DNA from: Macrostomum lignano
Taxonomy: Eukaryota
Reading direction: 5' to 3'
Length of the DNA: 64,000 nt
NCBI GenBank assembly: GCA_002269645.1
Contig: NIVC01001603.1
Location: forward strand, 70,528-134,527
Positions within the stretch are counted from its first letter, which is position 1. Every line of letters starts with the position of its first letter. The translations under genes were made by a program, and so were the position numbers. A model generated the notes under the pieces. The model searched no databases and was not told the DNA's origin. It saw only the letters and a program-made list of their open reading frames with translations. Shown piece after piece: positions 26,360-39,079 of this stretch.

Positions 26360-27435
26360 GAGCGGACAGACGGGTGGTGAGCGGAAAAAAGAGGGTGGAG
26401 AGCGGAAAGAAGGGGGTGGAGAGCGGAAAGAAGGGGGTGGACTGCGGAAAGAAGGGGGTGGAGAGCGGAAAAAAGAGGGTGGAGAGCGGAAAGAAGGGGG
26501 TGGAGAGCGGAAAGAAGGGGGTGGAGAGCGGGAAGAAGGGGGTGGAGAGCGGAAAGAAGGGGGTGGACTGCGGAAAGAAGGGGGTGGAGAGCGGAAAAAA
26601 GGGGGTGGACTGCGGAAAGAAGGGGTGGAGAGCGGAAAGAAGGGGGTGGAGAGCGGAAAGAAGGGGGTGGAGAGCGGAAAGAAGGGGGTGGAGAGCGGAA
26701 AGAAGGGGGTGGAGAGCGGAAAGAAGGGGGTGAAGAGCGGAAAGAAGGGGGTGGAGAGCGGAAAGAAGGGGTGGAGAGCGGAAAGAAGGGGGTGGTGAGC
26801 GGAAAGAAGGGGTGGTGAGCGGAAAGAAGGGGGTGGAGAGCGGAAAGAAGGGGGTGGACTGCGGAAAGAAGGGGGTGGAGAGCGGAAAGAAGGGGGTGGA
26901 GAGCGGAAAGAAGGGGGTGGAGAGCGGAAAAAAGAGGGTGGAGAGCGGAAAGAAGGGGGTGGAGAGCGGAAAGAAGGGGGTGAAGAGCGGAAAGAAGGGG
27001 GTGGAGAGCGGAAAGAAGGGGGTGGAGAGCGGAAAGAAGGGGGTGGTGAGCGGAAAGAAGGGGGTGGTGAGCGGAAAGAAGGGGGTGGAGAGCGGAAAGA
27101 AGGGGGTGGAGAGCGGAAAGAAGGGGGTGGACTGCGGAAAGAAGGGGGTGGAGAGCGGACAGACGGGTGGTGAGCGGAAAGAAGGGGTGGAGAGCGGAAA
27201 GAAGGGGTGGAGAGCGGACAGACGGGTGGTGAGCGGAAAGAAGGGGGTGGTGAGCGGACAGACGGGTGGTGAGCGGAAAGAAGGGGTGGAGAGCGGACAG
27301 ACGGGTGGAGAGCGGAAAGAAGGGGGTGGAGAGCGGAAAGAAGGGGTGGAGAGCGGACAGACGGGTGGTGAGCGGAAAGAAGGGGTGAAGAGCGGAAAGA
27401 AGGGGTAGAGAGCGGGTAGAAGGGGTGGAGAGCAA
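26360..27435. repeat. 21-bp minisatellite GGTGGAGAGCGGAAAGAAGGG, ~50 copies
   Basis: Direct reading. Confidence 0.93.
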
Positions 27436-27489
27436 TGAATCAATGTAAAATTACAGTGAAAACACATTTATATGCATGCAAAAATATAC

Positions 27490-27570
27490 TAATAAATTAA
27501 AAATTTATAAATTAAAAATTTATAAATTAAAAATTTATAAATTAAAAATTAAAAATTAAAAATTAAATTT
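27490..27570. repeat. 15-bp AT-only repeat ATAAATTAAAAATTT
   Basis: Period 15 over 3-4 units, then degrades. Confidence 0.8.
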
Positions 27571-27914
27571 AATAACACAGTTATTACTTAATATGGATGC
27601 AAAGTCAAAATTAAAAAAATTATTATAACAAGACTGCACAAAATTGTAAAAAATTAATAAAAGCTCAACGCCAGATATTTACCTGTAGTCAAAACAACGG
27701 CGCAGTTAATTGTTCCACCGTGTAGACCTTTCTGTAAAGAAAATAAATATGCATTTGAATATGCATTCGACACGTATCGGTCAACTGCTGGATTCAATAA
27801 ATATCGTTTTAAATAATAAACTACATATTTTTTTCAAAAAAAGTTATAATCAATACATCTCAGTCAATCTTATTATTGTTGCATCCACTATACAAAATAT
27901 AGGTTGAAGTTGTT

Positions 27915-28812
27915 AGCGATACATATCGGCTAAGTTATTATCGAGAAATATCGGCTAAATTTATTATCGATAAATATCGGCAAATGTTATTATCGATACA
28001 TATCGGATCAAGTTATTATCGATACATATTGGCTCACGTTGTAATCGATACATATCGGCTTAAATTATTATCGATACATATCGGCTAAAGCTATAATCGG
28101 TACGATAAATATCGGCTAAAGTTATTATCGATAAATATCGGCAAATGTTATTATCGATACATATCGGCTAAAGTTATTATCGATGCATATCGGCAAAAGT
28201 TATTATCGATACATATCGGCTAAAGCTATAATCGGTACGATAAATATCGGCTAAAGTTATTATCGGTACATATCGGCAAATGTTATTATCGATACATATC
28301 GGCTAAAGTTATTATCGATGCATATCGGCAAAAGTTATTATCGATACATATCGGCTAAAGCTATAATCGGTACGATAAATATCGGCTAAAGTTATTATCG
28401 GTACATATCGGCAAATGTTATTATCGATACATATCGGCTAAAGTTATTATCGATGCATATCGGCAAAAGTTATTATCGATACATATCGGCTAAAGCTATA
28501 ATCGGTACGATAAATATCGGCTAAAGTTATTATCGGTACATATCGGCAAATGTTATTATCGATACATATCGGCTAAAGTTATTATCGATGCATATCGGCA
28601 AAAGTTATTATCGATACATATCGGCTAAAGCTATAATCGGTACGATAAATATCGGCTAAAGTTATTATCGATACATATCGGCAAATGTTATTATCGATAC
28701 ATATCGGCTGCTAAAGTTATAATCGGTACGATACATATCGGCATAAGTTATAATCGATACGATACATATCGGCTAATTTGATAGCGGCTAAATTTATTGT
28801 CGATACATATCG
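27915..28812. repeat. ~26-bp minisatellite ATCGATACATATCGGCTAAAGTTATT with a 135-bp higher-order repeat
   Basis: Variant CTATAATCGGTACG recurs at 28091, 28226, 28361, 28496 and 28631 (spacing 135). Confidence 0.92.
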
Positions 28813-28839
28813 GCCCTACATCAGTTCAAGAAATCGCAC

Positions 28840-29040
28840 CTTAATTTGGTAGGACGCTCGCATCGCCTGGGTGACCAGCAGCAGTGAGCCAGATTTGACG
28901 TAGCAGAGCCGATAAGCTCCAGCGAGGCCCGAGCTGCCGTTGTCGAATTGGGTCAGAAAGTCCCAGCAGCGGTGGCCGCCGCCGCAGTCGGCAGAAAATT
29001 CCACTGTCAGGGTGGCAGCGTCCAGCAGTTTGAAGAGGCG
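28840..29040 (-). CDS. WDR6: WDR6 exon 16
   Basis: RLFKLLDAATLTVEFSADCGGGHRCWDF...LCYVKSG contains the hallmark WDR6 CGGGHRxW motif. 201 nt, phase 0/0. Confidence 0.9.
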
Positions 29041-29224
29041 CTAATGATTTTTTTTAAATGAGAGATTATAATAGATCCGTAGGTATGAATTGTAGTAGTA
29101 GGTAAACTGACTGCATTAGAAGTGTAGCTATTAGTAGTATTAGCACACTCTCGCGCAGGGAGTACGGCGGCTCTGACTTTTAAATCGTCAGGCATGTACA
29201 GTCTCTGTGCCTTGGGGGTGGGTT

Positions 29225-29279
<55 letters not shown>

Positions 29280-29330
29280 TATTATTATTATTATTATTAG
29301 TAGTAGTAGTAAAAGTAGTAGTAGTAGTAT

Positions 29331-29372
<42 letters not shown>

Positions 29373-29522
29373 AAGTATTCGTAGTAGTATTAGAGGTAGT
29401 AGTAGTAGTAGCAGTAGTAGTAGTAGTAGCAGTAGTAGTAGTAGTAGTAGTAGCAGTAGTAATGGTAGAAGTAGTAGTAGTAGCATTAGTAGTTGTAATA
29501 GACGTAGTAGTAGTAGTAGTCT

Positions 29523-29582
<60 letters not shown>

Positions 29583-29720
29583 AAGAAGTAGTAGTAGTAG
29601 TAATAGTAGTAGTAGTAAAAGTAGTAGAAATAGTAATAGTAGTAGTAGTAGTAGTAGAGGTAATAGTAGTAGTAATAGTGGCAGTAGAAGTAGTAGTGGT
29701 AAAAGAAGTAGTAGTAGTAT

Positions 29721-29752
<32 letters not shown>

Positions 29753-29845
29753 GTAGTAGTAGTATTAGTATTAGTAGTAGTAGTAGTATTAGTATTAGTA
29801 GTAGTAGTAGTATTTGTTGTTGTTGTTGTTGTTGTAGTAGTAGAA
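29225..29845. repeat. Compound (ATT)n/(AGT)n/(GTT)n trinucleotide microsatellite
   Basis: Direct reading. Confidence 0.95.
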
Positions 29846-29864
29846 GAAACCGCACAAGTCTTAC

Positions 29865-29966
29865 CCCGTGAAACCCCAGCAGTTTGGTCTCTGCCAGTTG
29901 CTGTGCATCGCTAAAATGATTGCCAATCTGTACAGTTCGTTCAATCCATCGCATTTGTCCAGGCTC
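29865..29966 (-). CDS. WDR6: WDR6 exon 15
   Basis: EPGQMRWIERTV...KLLGFHG (cf. MNWL...ILGFHA). Donor |GTAAGA. Confidence 0.85.
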
Positions 29967-30074
29967 CTGAAGTAGTTTCAAAAGAGAAATATCCTATTTA
30001 AATTGTTTGCTACCCAACATATCGTTAGTAAAAACATTTGCAAACAGTGTTGCCGTTCGTTTTTTATTACACCT

Positions 30075-30249
30075 GCCAGTCCAAGGACTGGGAGCCGCCC
30101 CACACACACCCTCAATTACCCCAGCTAATGCTGGCACCCATTTTACAGCTACTCATGCAAGGACACAAATTGTTCCGAGTAGGTCAAGAATCGAACCCCC
30201 GACCTTTAAATCGTGAGTCTGACGCTCTAACCACTAAGCTACAACCTCC
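30075..30249 (-). mobile_element. Family B SINE, internally deleted
   Basis: Same tRNA head and GCTGTAAAATGGGTGCCAGCATTAGCTGGGGTAATT body as the copies at 39606 and 49445. Confidence 0.75.
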
Positions 30250-30644
30250 AACACGTCTGTAGAAGTAGGTTTTACAGTATACAAACTCTAAGAAATGTTT
30301 TTTAACGTAAAAGCCAGAAAAACGACTGCTTCATCTCTTCTCACTTATCTTTTTTACGGCAAAATGTGCGACTCGTTTTTTTACCTAAAACAGGAAAGCA
30401 CCGTTAAAAGGTTGACCACAGGCGCTCGTAAAATAAAAAAACCAATTAGCAGCTATAATTAAAGGCTTAGAAGAAAGGAAACTTCGGTTTGTTTAAAAAG
30501 TAACTTGGCTTCTCCTTTTGAAGTTTAAACAGCGTATTTGGTATCCAGATTGAGGACCAAATTCAGATATATAATAAAGGACGGTAATTTTTTGTGTTTA
30601 AAGTAGATTTTGGAATGTAGAACTGGGTGTACCAGGTCGAATTT

Positions 30645-30925
30645 GGGGTAGATTGTATAATTCAGGGTAGATGGTGAAATTCAGGGTAGATTGTAGAGTT
30701 TAGGGTAGATTGTAGAATTCAAGGCAGATTGTAGAATTCAGGGTAGATTGTAGAATTCAGGGTAGATTGTAGAATTCGGGGTAGATTGTAGAATTCAGGG
30801 TAGATTGTAGAATTCAGGGTAGATTGTAGAATTCAGGGCAGATTGTAGAATTCAGGGCAGATTGTAGAATTCAGGGCAGATTGTAGAATTCAGGGCAGAT
30901 TGTAGAACCCAGGGCAGATTGTAGA
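30645..30925. repeat. 19-bp minisatellite GTAGAATTCAGGGTAGATT
   Basis: About 14 units. Confidence 0.9.
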
Positions 30926-30976
30926 GAAATCTACACTGTTTCAAAACAATAAAAATACAACACGGTCAGTGCAAAC

Positions 30977-31198
30977 CTTCACAATGCTCTCCTGAATGAA
31001 GCCTCCAACGGAGCCATCTTTATGATCGTCAGTTACCAAGGCAACTCGCCAGCCAATCAGAGAGCCGTCCTTACCGCAGCTAAGCAGTCGGATGCTGCGT
31101 CTGGCCTCATCAGCGCTGTCAAGTGACATTGTCTCCAGATGCAATACGCCTGATTTATGAGCCTGTCGACTGGAGTGAACTCTCTGCCAACGCTTGGT
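30977..31198 (-). CDS. WDR6: WDR6 exon 14
   Basis: QAHKSGVLHL...LLSCGKDGSLIGW (cf. LHGKQGVTSV...TTGRDG). 222 nt, phase 0/0. Confidence 0.8.
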
Positions 31199-31424
31199 CT
31201 GCGGGCGTTTTTGAGGTTGATTATATGGGAGTTAAGAAGTCTGGGATCCGCACTGTGCTCCAGTTGCTAAGGTATCTATTGTGTCTATGGTAACATTAAG
31301 CCTGTATTTCGTTGTTATGGCAACAGGCAGGTGTATTTGGTTGCTAGGGTAACAGAAACTATGTCCCCGTGTTGTAGCTATGGTAATAGAGCTATTCTTT
31401 ATCAGTGTTATCAGTGTTATAACT

Positions 31425-31905
31425 GCCTAACAAGTGTGATATCTGACTAACAGGTGTGACACCTGTCTAACAGGCGTGATATCTATCTAACAGGTGTGAT
31501 ACCTGTCTAACAAGTGTGACACCTGTCTAACAGGTGTGATTTCTGTTTAACAGGGGTGATATCTGTCTAACAGGTGTGATTGCTTTCTAACAGGTGTGGT
31601 ACCTGTTTAGCAGGTGTGATACCTGTCTAACAGGCGTGATATCTGTCTAACAGGCGTGATATCTATCTAACAGGTGTGATACCTGTCTAACAAGTGTGAC
31701 ACCTGTCTAACAGGTGTGATTTCTGTTTAACAGGGGTGATATCTGTCTAACAGGTGTGATTGCTTTCTAACAGGTGTGGTACCTGTTTAGCAGGTGTGAT
31801 ATCTGTCTAACAGGCGTGATATCTGTCTAACAGGTGTGATATTTATCTAAAAGGTGTGATACCTGACTAACAAGTGAGATTGCTGTCTAACAGGTGTACC
31901 TGTCT
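31425..31905. repeat. 20-bp minisatellite CTGTCTAACAGGTGTGATAT with a 180-bp (9-mer) internal duplication
   Basis: 31501-31620 is repeated at 31681-31800. Confidence 0.9.
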
Positions 31906-31991
31906 AAAATGTGTGATTCGTGATTTCTGAGGCATAAAAGTCATTCAGCTTCATTGAACTTAATTTTTATTGAATTGTCGCAATTTCTCAC

Positions 31992-32219
31992 CTCCAAGTT
32001 TTGTACAAGACAGTGCAACCGGCCAGACCGATCTCCAAGGATCATCACGGCCTGCGAGCCAATGCAGCTCAACTGCCCACAATTAATCCATTCGAATCCG
32101 GAGGCTGACAGACTGACTGGCTCAGTGTTGACAGTTGCAGGGCAACTATTGCTGCTGTCGCTGGCTCCCTTTGATATTGGACTTTCAATAGAACTGTCAA
32201 ACTTGAGCAATCCGAGAAT
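31992..32219 (-). CDS. WDR6: WDR6 exon 13
   Basis: ...VMILGDRSGRLH (cf. LVCGDRRGSV). 228 nt, phase 0/0. Confidence 0.85.
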
Positions 32220-32439
32220 CTGTTTTTGAAATTGAAAAATAACATATTTAGTAGACTTTGAGCATAGGGGCAGTAGCCTAGTGGTCTAGCATGGTTCTCT
32301 TATGTGGCAGAGGCCCAGATTTAGGTCACGGGTCCGAAAACTCCGCCCCACGAACCACATGCAGTACGCAGCCTCTCTAAACAGCACTCAGGTCCGTGAA
32401 ACTTCACAATAGCAATCCGGCCTGCTTAGGATTTTTGTC

Positions 32440-33070
32440 CTTCTTTAGCTCTCTTTTTTCTCCTCTCTCCTTCTCTCACATCTCCTCTCTCCCCTCTCCT
32501 CTCTCCTCTCTCCCATCTCCTCTCCCATCTCCTCTCTCCTCTCCCATCTCCTCTCCCATCTCCTCTCTCCCATCTCCTCTCCCATCTCCTCTCTCCTATC
32601 TCCTCTCCCATCTCCCATCTCCTCTCTCCTCTCTCCCCTCCTCTCCCATCTCCTCTCTCCCCTCCTCTCCCATCTCCCATCTCCTCTCTCCTCTCTCCCC
32701 TCCTCTCCCATCTCCTCTCTCCCCTCCTCTCCCATCTCCTCTCTCCCCTCCTCTCCCATCTCCTCTCCCATCTCCTCTCTCCTATCTCCTCTCTCCTATC
32801 TCCTCTCCCATCTCATCTCTCCCCTCCTCTCTCTTATCTCCTCTCTCATCCCCTCTCCCATCTCCTCTTCCCTCCTCTTTCTTCATCTACTCTCTCCTTA
32901 CTCTCTCATCTCTTAACATCTCCTTTTCTCTCATCTTCTCCTACCCTCCTCTCTCATCTCCTCTAGACCCTTTCTCCCATCTCCTCTTCCCTCCTCTTTC
33001 ATCTACTATCTCCCTCCTCTCTCTTCTCTCTCAACTCCTCTATCCCCCTCTCTCTCATCTTCTCCCCCTT
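32440..33070. repeat. CT-rich low-complexity tract (CCCATCTCCTCTCT units)
   Basis: Direct reading. Confidence 0.9.
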
Positions 33071-33664
33071 CCTCTTCACTGTACATTCATCGGCATTCGT
33101 GTACACTCTGTGTGCTCTCACGGCTGCGAATCACACGACAACCTCCCGGCTAATTTTTCCTGTGATGTGGAAGCCCCCAAACGATGTGGTAGAGCACGGA
33201 ATCGAACCATCTGGGTGTGGTTGTGGCGCAAGATCCGGACACGTTTACCCACCTTTATAAAATGATTTCCAAGGAAAAATAACAAGCACGAGTGTTACCA
33301 GCTACCTGAACAAACTGTTTTGCCGTTTCTCGTCTTAAATTTTACAAAGCAATATAACTAATGTGACAGAAAGGAAACGAAAAGAGGAACGAACCCACCA
33401 GTACGAGCTTATAGTCTCGTCCTAAGCCCTAGGCTTTTTGACAATTTTCTTTAAAACACAGGTTTTAAACGTATCCCCAGAAAATTTACGAGCAAAAGAG
33501 AATTTCCGTTTGAAAGGTTGCTTTTGAAAATATTCATAGAATCTTTCAACATATTTTGCAGAAAAAAGTATGGAAGGAGAAGCTAAAGAAGACTTACAGT
33601 AATTTTGCATACTCAACAAGTCAACTAAGGAGAAATTCTAATACAATACGAATATGATTATTGT

Positions 33665-33907
33665 GGTCAGTGTTTATGATCAATTCTTGGGTCAGTGTCT
33701 ATGACCATTTATTGGGTCAGTGTCTATGACCACTTCTTAGGTCAGTGTCTATGACCATTTGTTAGGTCAGTGTCTATGACCAGTTCTTAGGTCAGTGTCT
33801 ATGACTATTTCTTGGGTCAGTGTCTATGACCATTTCTTAGGTCAGTGTCTATGACCATTTCTTGGGTCAGTGTCTATGACTATTTCTTGGGTCAGTGTCT
33901 ATGACCA
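33665..33907. repeat. 25-26-bp minisatellite GGTCAGTGTCTATGACCATTTCTTA, ~9 copies
   Basis: Direct reading; each unit is internally palindromic (GGTCA-N7-TGACC). Confidence 0.9.
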
Positions 33908-33962
33908 CCCCTTGATCAGAGTCCATGGTCAATTCATAGTTAAACTTAAAACCAGCACTTAC

Positions 33963-34415
33963 CAACTTGTCGTGCACAGCGGATACAATAAAAGCATGAT
34001 CTGATATCCAGCACAGGTTGAGAAGCCCACCAATAGTCTTGATGCTGTTTGCTTCATCAGAACTGTCAGGCATTGACAGCTGACCGCTGCGCCAAATGAT
34101 GCGGCATGGATCATTGCCTGGAAATGATAGTGGCGATTCTGTGTGACACAGCCTTGTTCAGATGAGGGGAAACCAATGAATGACCAACCATCCAATGTAT
34201 TCGACACGTCAATCAGACAGCAAGCGGCGCCAGCTCCCTGTTCCAACGGTGTCGATTCTTCGGCGCACAGCAGAACGCGTCGATTCGGCGACATTCGAGC
34301 GCAGCTGCAGCGTCGCAACGGCGAGGCGGATTCTTGTTGCCGGGGCAGGCCGGCGACTTCCACTGGTCGGAGTGTCGGCTGAGGCTGCTCAGCGATGGAG
34401 CCGCGAAGGAGAAAG
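33963..34415 (-). CDS. WDR6: WDR6 exons 11 (34415-34189) and 12 (34117-33963), split by a 71-nt intron
   Basis: Donor G|GTTGGT and acceptor catttccag| restore the frame into GGLLNLCWISDHAFIVSA (cf. KVHSLSW...LLLASG). Confidence 0.7.
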
Positions 34416-34464
34416 CTGAGTGATGGTGGGGAGTACAGCAGTGAGGATTGAGGAGTCTTGGCGA

Positions 34465-35815
<1,351 letters not shown>

Positions 35816-35872
35816 TATCAATATCATCCATGCCACTTCAAGGCTATAACAAACAACAGCAGTTCCATTTAC

Positions 35873-36312
35873 CCGTCATTAGTCAGCGCAATCAAATTAC
35901 TGAACGAGTCGAAGAAAGCAAATCTAAGAAAGTCCTAAAATGTTTCGATCAAATGCGCATTAAGCTACTGATATGACCTTGTAAGTAGAAACAAAAGAAA
36001 ATGCACATCATATTTTAAAAACAACCCCAAAATACCTTTTCTTTCATAACTAACCGACAGGATTCTGTGGTCTGCTTGCGATCGCTCACTTCCGAGCAGA
36101 TTAGAGCTCCATCATTGCCACCGGTGGCCTGAAGCGCAGAGTGAAAAACCATAAACTACTGTTCAATTTTAATTTTAAGGTTTTCCCCTAATTCGTACCA
36201 ACTTTGAACCGCTGCTATCAACAGCCAGGCACCAGATATGCCGACCAATGTGTCGAGTCTCCTTGCGCAAAAGCTGACCGTCGCAAGTTGACCAGGTAAT
36301 TAAGGCGCAATC
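35873..36312 (-). CDS. WDR6: WDR6 exons 8-10 (36312-36199, 36128-36036, 35934-35873)
   Basis: DCALITW...[11 protein letters not shown] | ATGGNDGAL...MKEK | DFLRFAFF...LIALTNDG. All GT-AG and phase-consistent. Confidence 0.8.
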
Positions 36313-36454
36313 CTGACCGATGAATGGATGATAAAGATAAAACGTATTAGCCTAATGCCTTTAAATTCAGGTTTGCAAATTGCGCCTCAATAAAATTTAT
36401 ATGAAAGTTTTACATCTGGGTTGAGTTATTTCATAAGCTATACATAAAATAGAC

Positions 36455-36690
36455 ACATCACAAACAATAAAAATCACAAACCAGTCACATCACAAACAAT
36501 AAAAAATACAAACAATAGAAATCACAAACCAGACACATCACAAACCAGACACATCACAAACCAGACACATCACAAACCAGACGCATCACAAACCAGTCAC
36601 ATCCTAAACCTGTCACATCACAAGCCAGATACATCACAAGCCAGTCACATCACAAACTAGACACACCACAAACCAAACACATCACAAACT
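36455..36690. repeat. 16-bp minisatellite CACATCACAAACCAGA
   Basis: About 13 units. Confidence 0.85.
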
Positions 36691-36775
36691 ATAAACAAAG
36701 TGAAAAACAATGAAATAGAAACATTATATGTAAGAGTAAACTAAATTTGTTTATTAATAAAAAACATCAGTTCAC

Positions 36776-37012
36776 CTCGCCAGCAGAGTAAAACAAATCT
36801 GAGCTCGGGCTCAAGCGAACAGACCAGACCCTGCTCTCGTGACCGTACAACTGGCACTGGGCTTCGTAGGTTAAAAGACGCGGCGAGTCAGACTCTGATG
36901 AGGCGGCTGGGTCAATAGAATTTTTTCTACGCCAAATCACGATAGATCGATCGTCAGATGCGGTCAGAATTATTGATTGGTCCGAGTTTGAGTCAATTGA
37001 GTAGATCACGCC
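36776..37012 (-). CDS. WDR6: WDR6 exon 7
   Basis: GVIYSID...LTASDDRSIVIW...LYGHESRVWSVRL...YSAGE closely matches WDR6 (GIIFS...ATASEDRSVRIW...FGHSARVW...ISAGE). Confidence 0.93.
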
Positions 37013-37099
37013 CTGGAATGATAGGTACATGCGATATACGAGCTAGAAAAGGGCAATAAACTATCCATGTGACTTTATGAGTGTACATTTAGCAAGAGA

Positions 37100-37560
37100 C
37101 AGCTTAGTAAGAGATAAGAAGAAAAGATTAAGGTAAAGAAAATAGAAGAGACAAGCTAAGATAAGAGATGAGACCGGGTGAGATGAGAGAAGAGACAGGC
37201 TGAGATAAGAAGAGATGGACAGAGATAAAGATAAGAGACAGGCTGAGATAAGAAGAGATGGACAGAGATAAAGATAAGAGACAGGCTGAGATAAGAAGAG
37301 ATGGACAGAGATAAAGATAAGAGACAGGCTGAGATAAGAAGAGATGGACAGAGATAAAGATAAGAGATATAGGCTGTGATAAGAGAAGAGACAGGCTGAG
37401 ATGAGAGAAGAGACAGGCTGAGATGAGAGAAGATACAGGCTGAGATGACAGAAGAGACAGACTGAGATAAGAGAAGATACAGGCTGAGATGAGAGAAGAG
37501 ACAGGCTGAGATGAGAGAAGATACAGGCTGAGATGAGAGAATATACAGGCTGAGATAAGC
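37100..37560. repeat. ~21/41-bp purine-rich minisatellite GAGATAAGAAGAGACAGGCT
   Basis: Direct reading. Confidence 0.85.
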
Positions 37561-37580
37561 AAAAGGGTGGCTCTTCAAAC

Positions 37581-37809
37581 CTTGTGCCGTCCTGTCAGGC
37601 GACCCATCAGGTGAAGAAGCTCCTTCATTGACCGCGAAAGCGCCGCAGGAGCATCAGGCTGACAATGGTAGAGATAATCTTCTAAATGTATCGACTCAAA
37701 ACCGACCAAAAGCAGGTCGGAGAACATCGTGCCGCAGGCGAGCAGGATGCGACAAGGTGCATCCTGGTTCTGGATGATTGATTTATTTCTAAGAAACGTT
37801 GCCGAGGTT
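37581..37809 (-). CDS. WDR6: WDR6 exon 6
   Basis: (L)TSATF...ILLACGTMFSDLLLV...RLTGRHK. Acceptor ttgacctacgcag|, phase 2 to 0. Confidence 0.78.
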
Positions 37810-37899
37810 CTGCGTAGGTCAATAAAGTTTTTAAGTGGATTTCTTGTTTAGAGTTTTGCGAATTGGTCAGCAGTACTTCAAGTACCCTACAAAATAGGT

Positions 37900-38710
37900 C
37901 AACACACTAAATGGGTCATTGCTCTAAATGGGCGAATACTCTATATGGGTCACTTATCTAAGTACATCAATACTACTCTTCAATGATACATTACTTTACT
38001 AGCACTCTAAGTAGGTCAACACTATAAATGGGTCAGCACTCTAAGTAGGTCAACACTATAAATGCGTCAGCACTCTAAGTAGGTCAACACTATAAATGGG
38101 TCAGCACTCTAAGTAGGTCAACACTATAAATGGGTCAGCACTCTAAGTAGGTCAACACTATAAATGGGTCAGCACTCTAAGTAGCTAATCACTAAAAATG
38201 GGTCAACACTCTAAGTAGGTCAACACTATAAATGGGTCAACACTCTAAGTAGGTCAACACTATAAATGGGTCAGCACTCTAAGTAGGTCAGCACTCTAAG
38301 TAGGTCAACACTATAAATGCGTCAGCACTCTAAGTAGGTCAACACTATAAATGGGTCAGCACTCTAAGTAGGTCAACACTATAAATGGGTCAGCACTCTA
38401 AGTAGGTCAACACTATAAATGGGTCAGCACTCTAAGTAGGTCAACACTATAAATGGGTCAACACTCTAAGTAGGTCAACACTATAAATGGGTCAACACTC
38501 TAAGTAGGTCAACACTATAAATGGGTCAGCACTCTAAGTAGGTCAACACTATAAATGGGTCAACACTCTAAGTAGGTCAACACTATAAATGGGTCAGCAC
38601 TCTAAGTAGGTCAACACTATAAATGGCTCAGCACTCTAAGTAGCTAATCACTAAAAATGGGTCAACACTCTAAGTAGGTCAACACTATAAATGTGCCAGC
38701 ACTCTAAGTA
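37900..38710. repeat. 34-bp minisatellite GCACTCTAAGTAGGTCAACACTATAAATGGGTCA, ~20 copies
   Basis: Period 34 (e.g. 38041 to 38075). Confidence 0.92.
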
Positions 38711-38856
38711 CTCGTAGACCCTTCTAGTTCCATAGAAGTTCTAGTTCCCTTCTAGTTTTATAGTTCCAATCTATAGTTTTACATGAGTGGATGTAGTATT
38801 TTGTGCTATTCTTAAAGTTATGCACTGTGCAGTGCGTACTCTAAATAAATAATTAC

Positions 38857-38990
38857 AGAAAGCAGTTCTCATCATCCGGTGCTGGGATCTCCAAGTAGGA
38901 CTGTCAAGAGGCGACAAATCTGCCTGCAGTTTTTCGACTTGTATCGCAGAGAAAAATGCCAAACTTGCATGTTGACAGAAGTAGACAGTT
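38857..38990 (-). CDS. WDR6: WDR6 exon 5, containing an in-frame TGA at 38906-38904
   Basis: Acceptor ttctattcag|, donor CT|GTAATT. Both flanking phases force the frame NCLLLSTCKFGIFLCDTSRKTAGRFVAS*QSYLEIPAPDDENCF-L. Confidence 0.65.
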
Positions 38991-39079
38991 CTGAATAGAA
39001 GTTTACAACAATTATTATTTATTAATTGGAATAATAAAACTAATGATGTTTTGATTTATATTGATAGAAATTTAATTAC

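Noticed and set aside
33963-34415. Apparent frameshift within a WDR6 exon
   Set aside because: Resolved by a 71-nt GT-AG intron (34188-34118).
35935-35980. Apparent two in-frame TAG codons if WDR6 exon 10 started at the acceptor near 35978
   Set aside because: Using the donor AAG|GTATTT at 36036 and the acceptor at 35935 gives a stop-free, phase-consistent join.
38904-38906. Selenocysteine reading of the WDR6 TGA
   Set aside because: WDR6 is not a known selenoprotein, the position is not a conserved Cys, and I identified no SECIS in the 3' flank.
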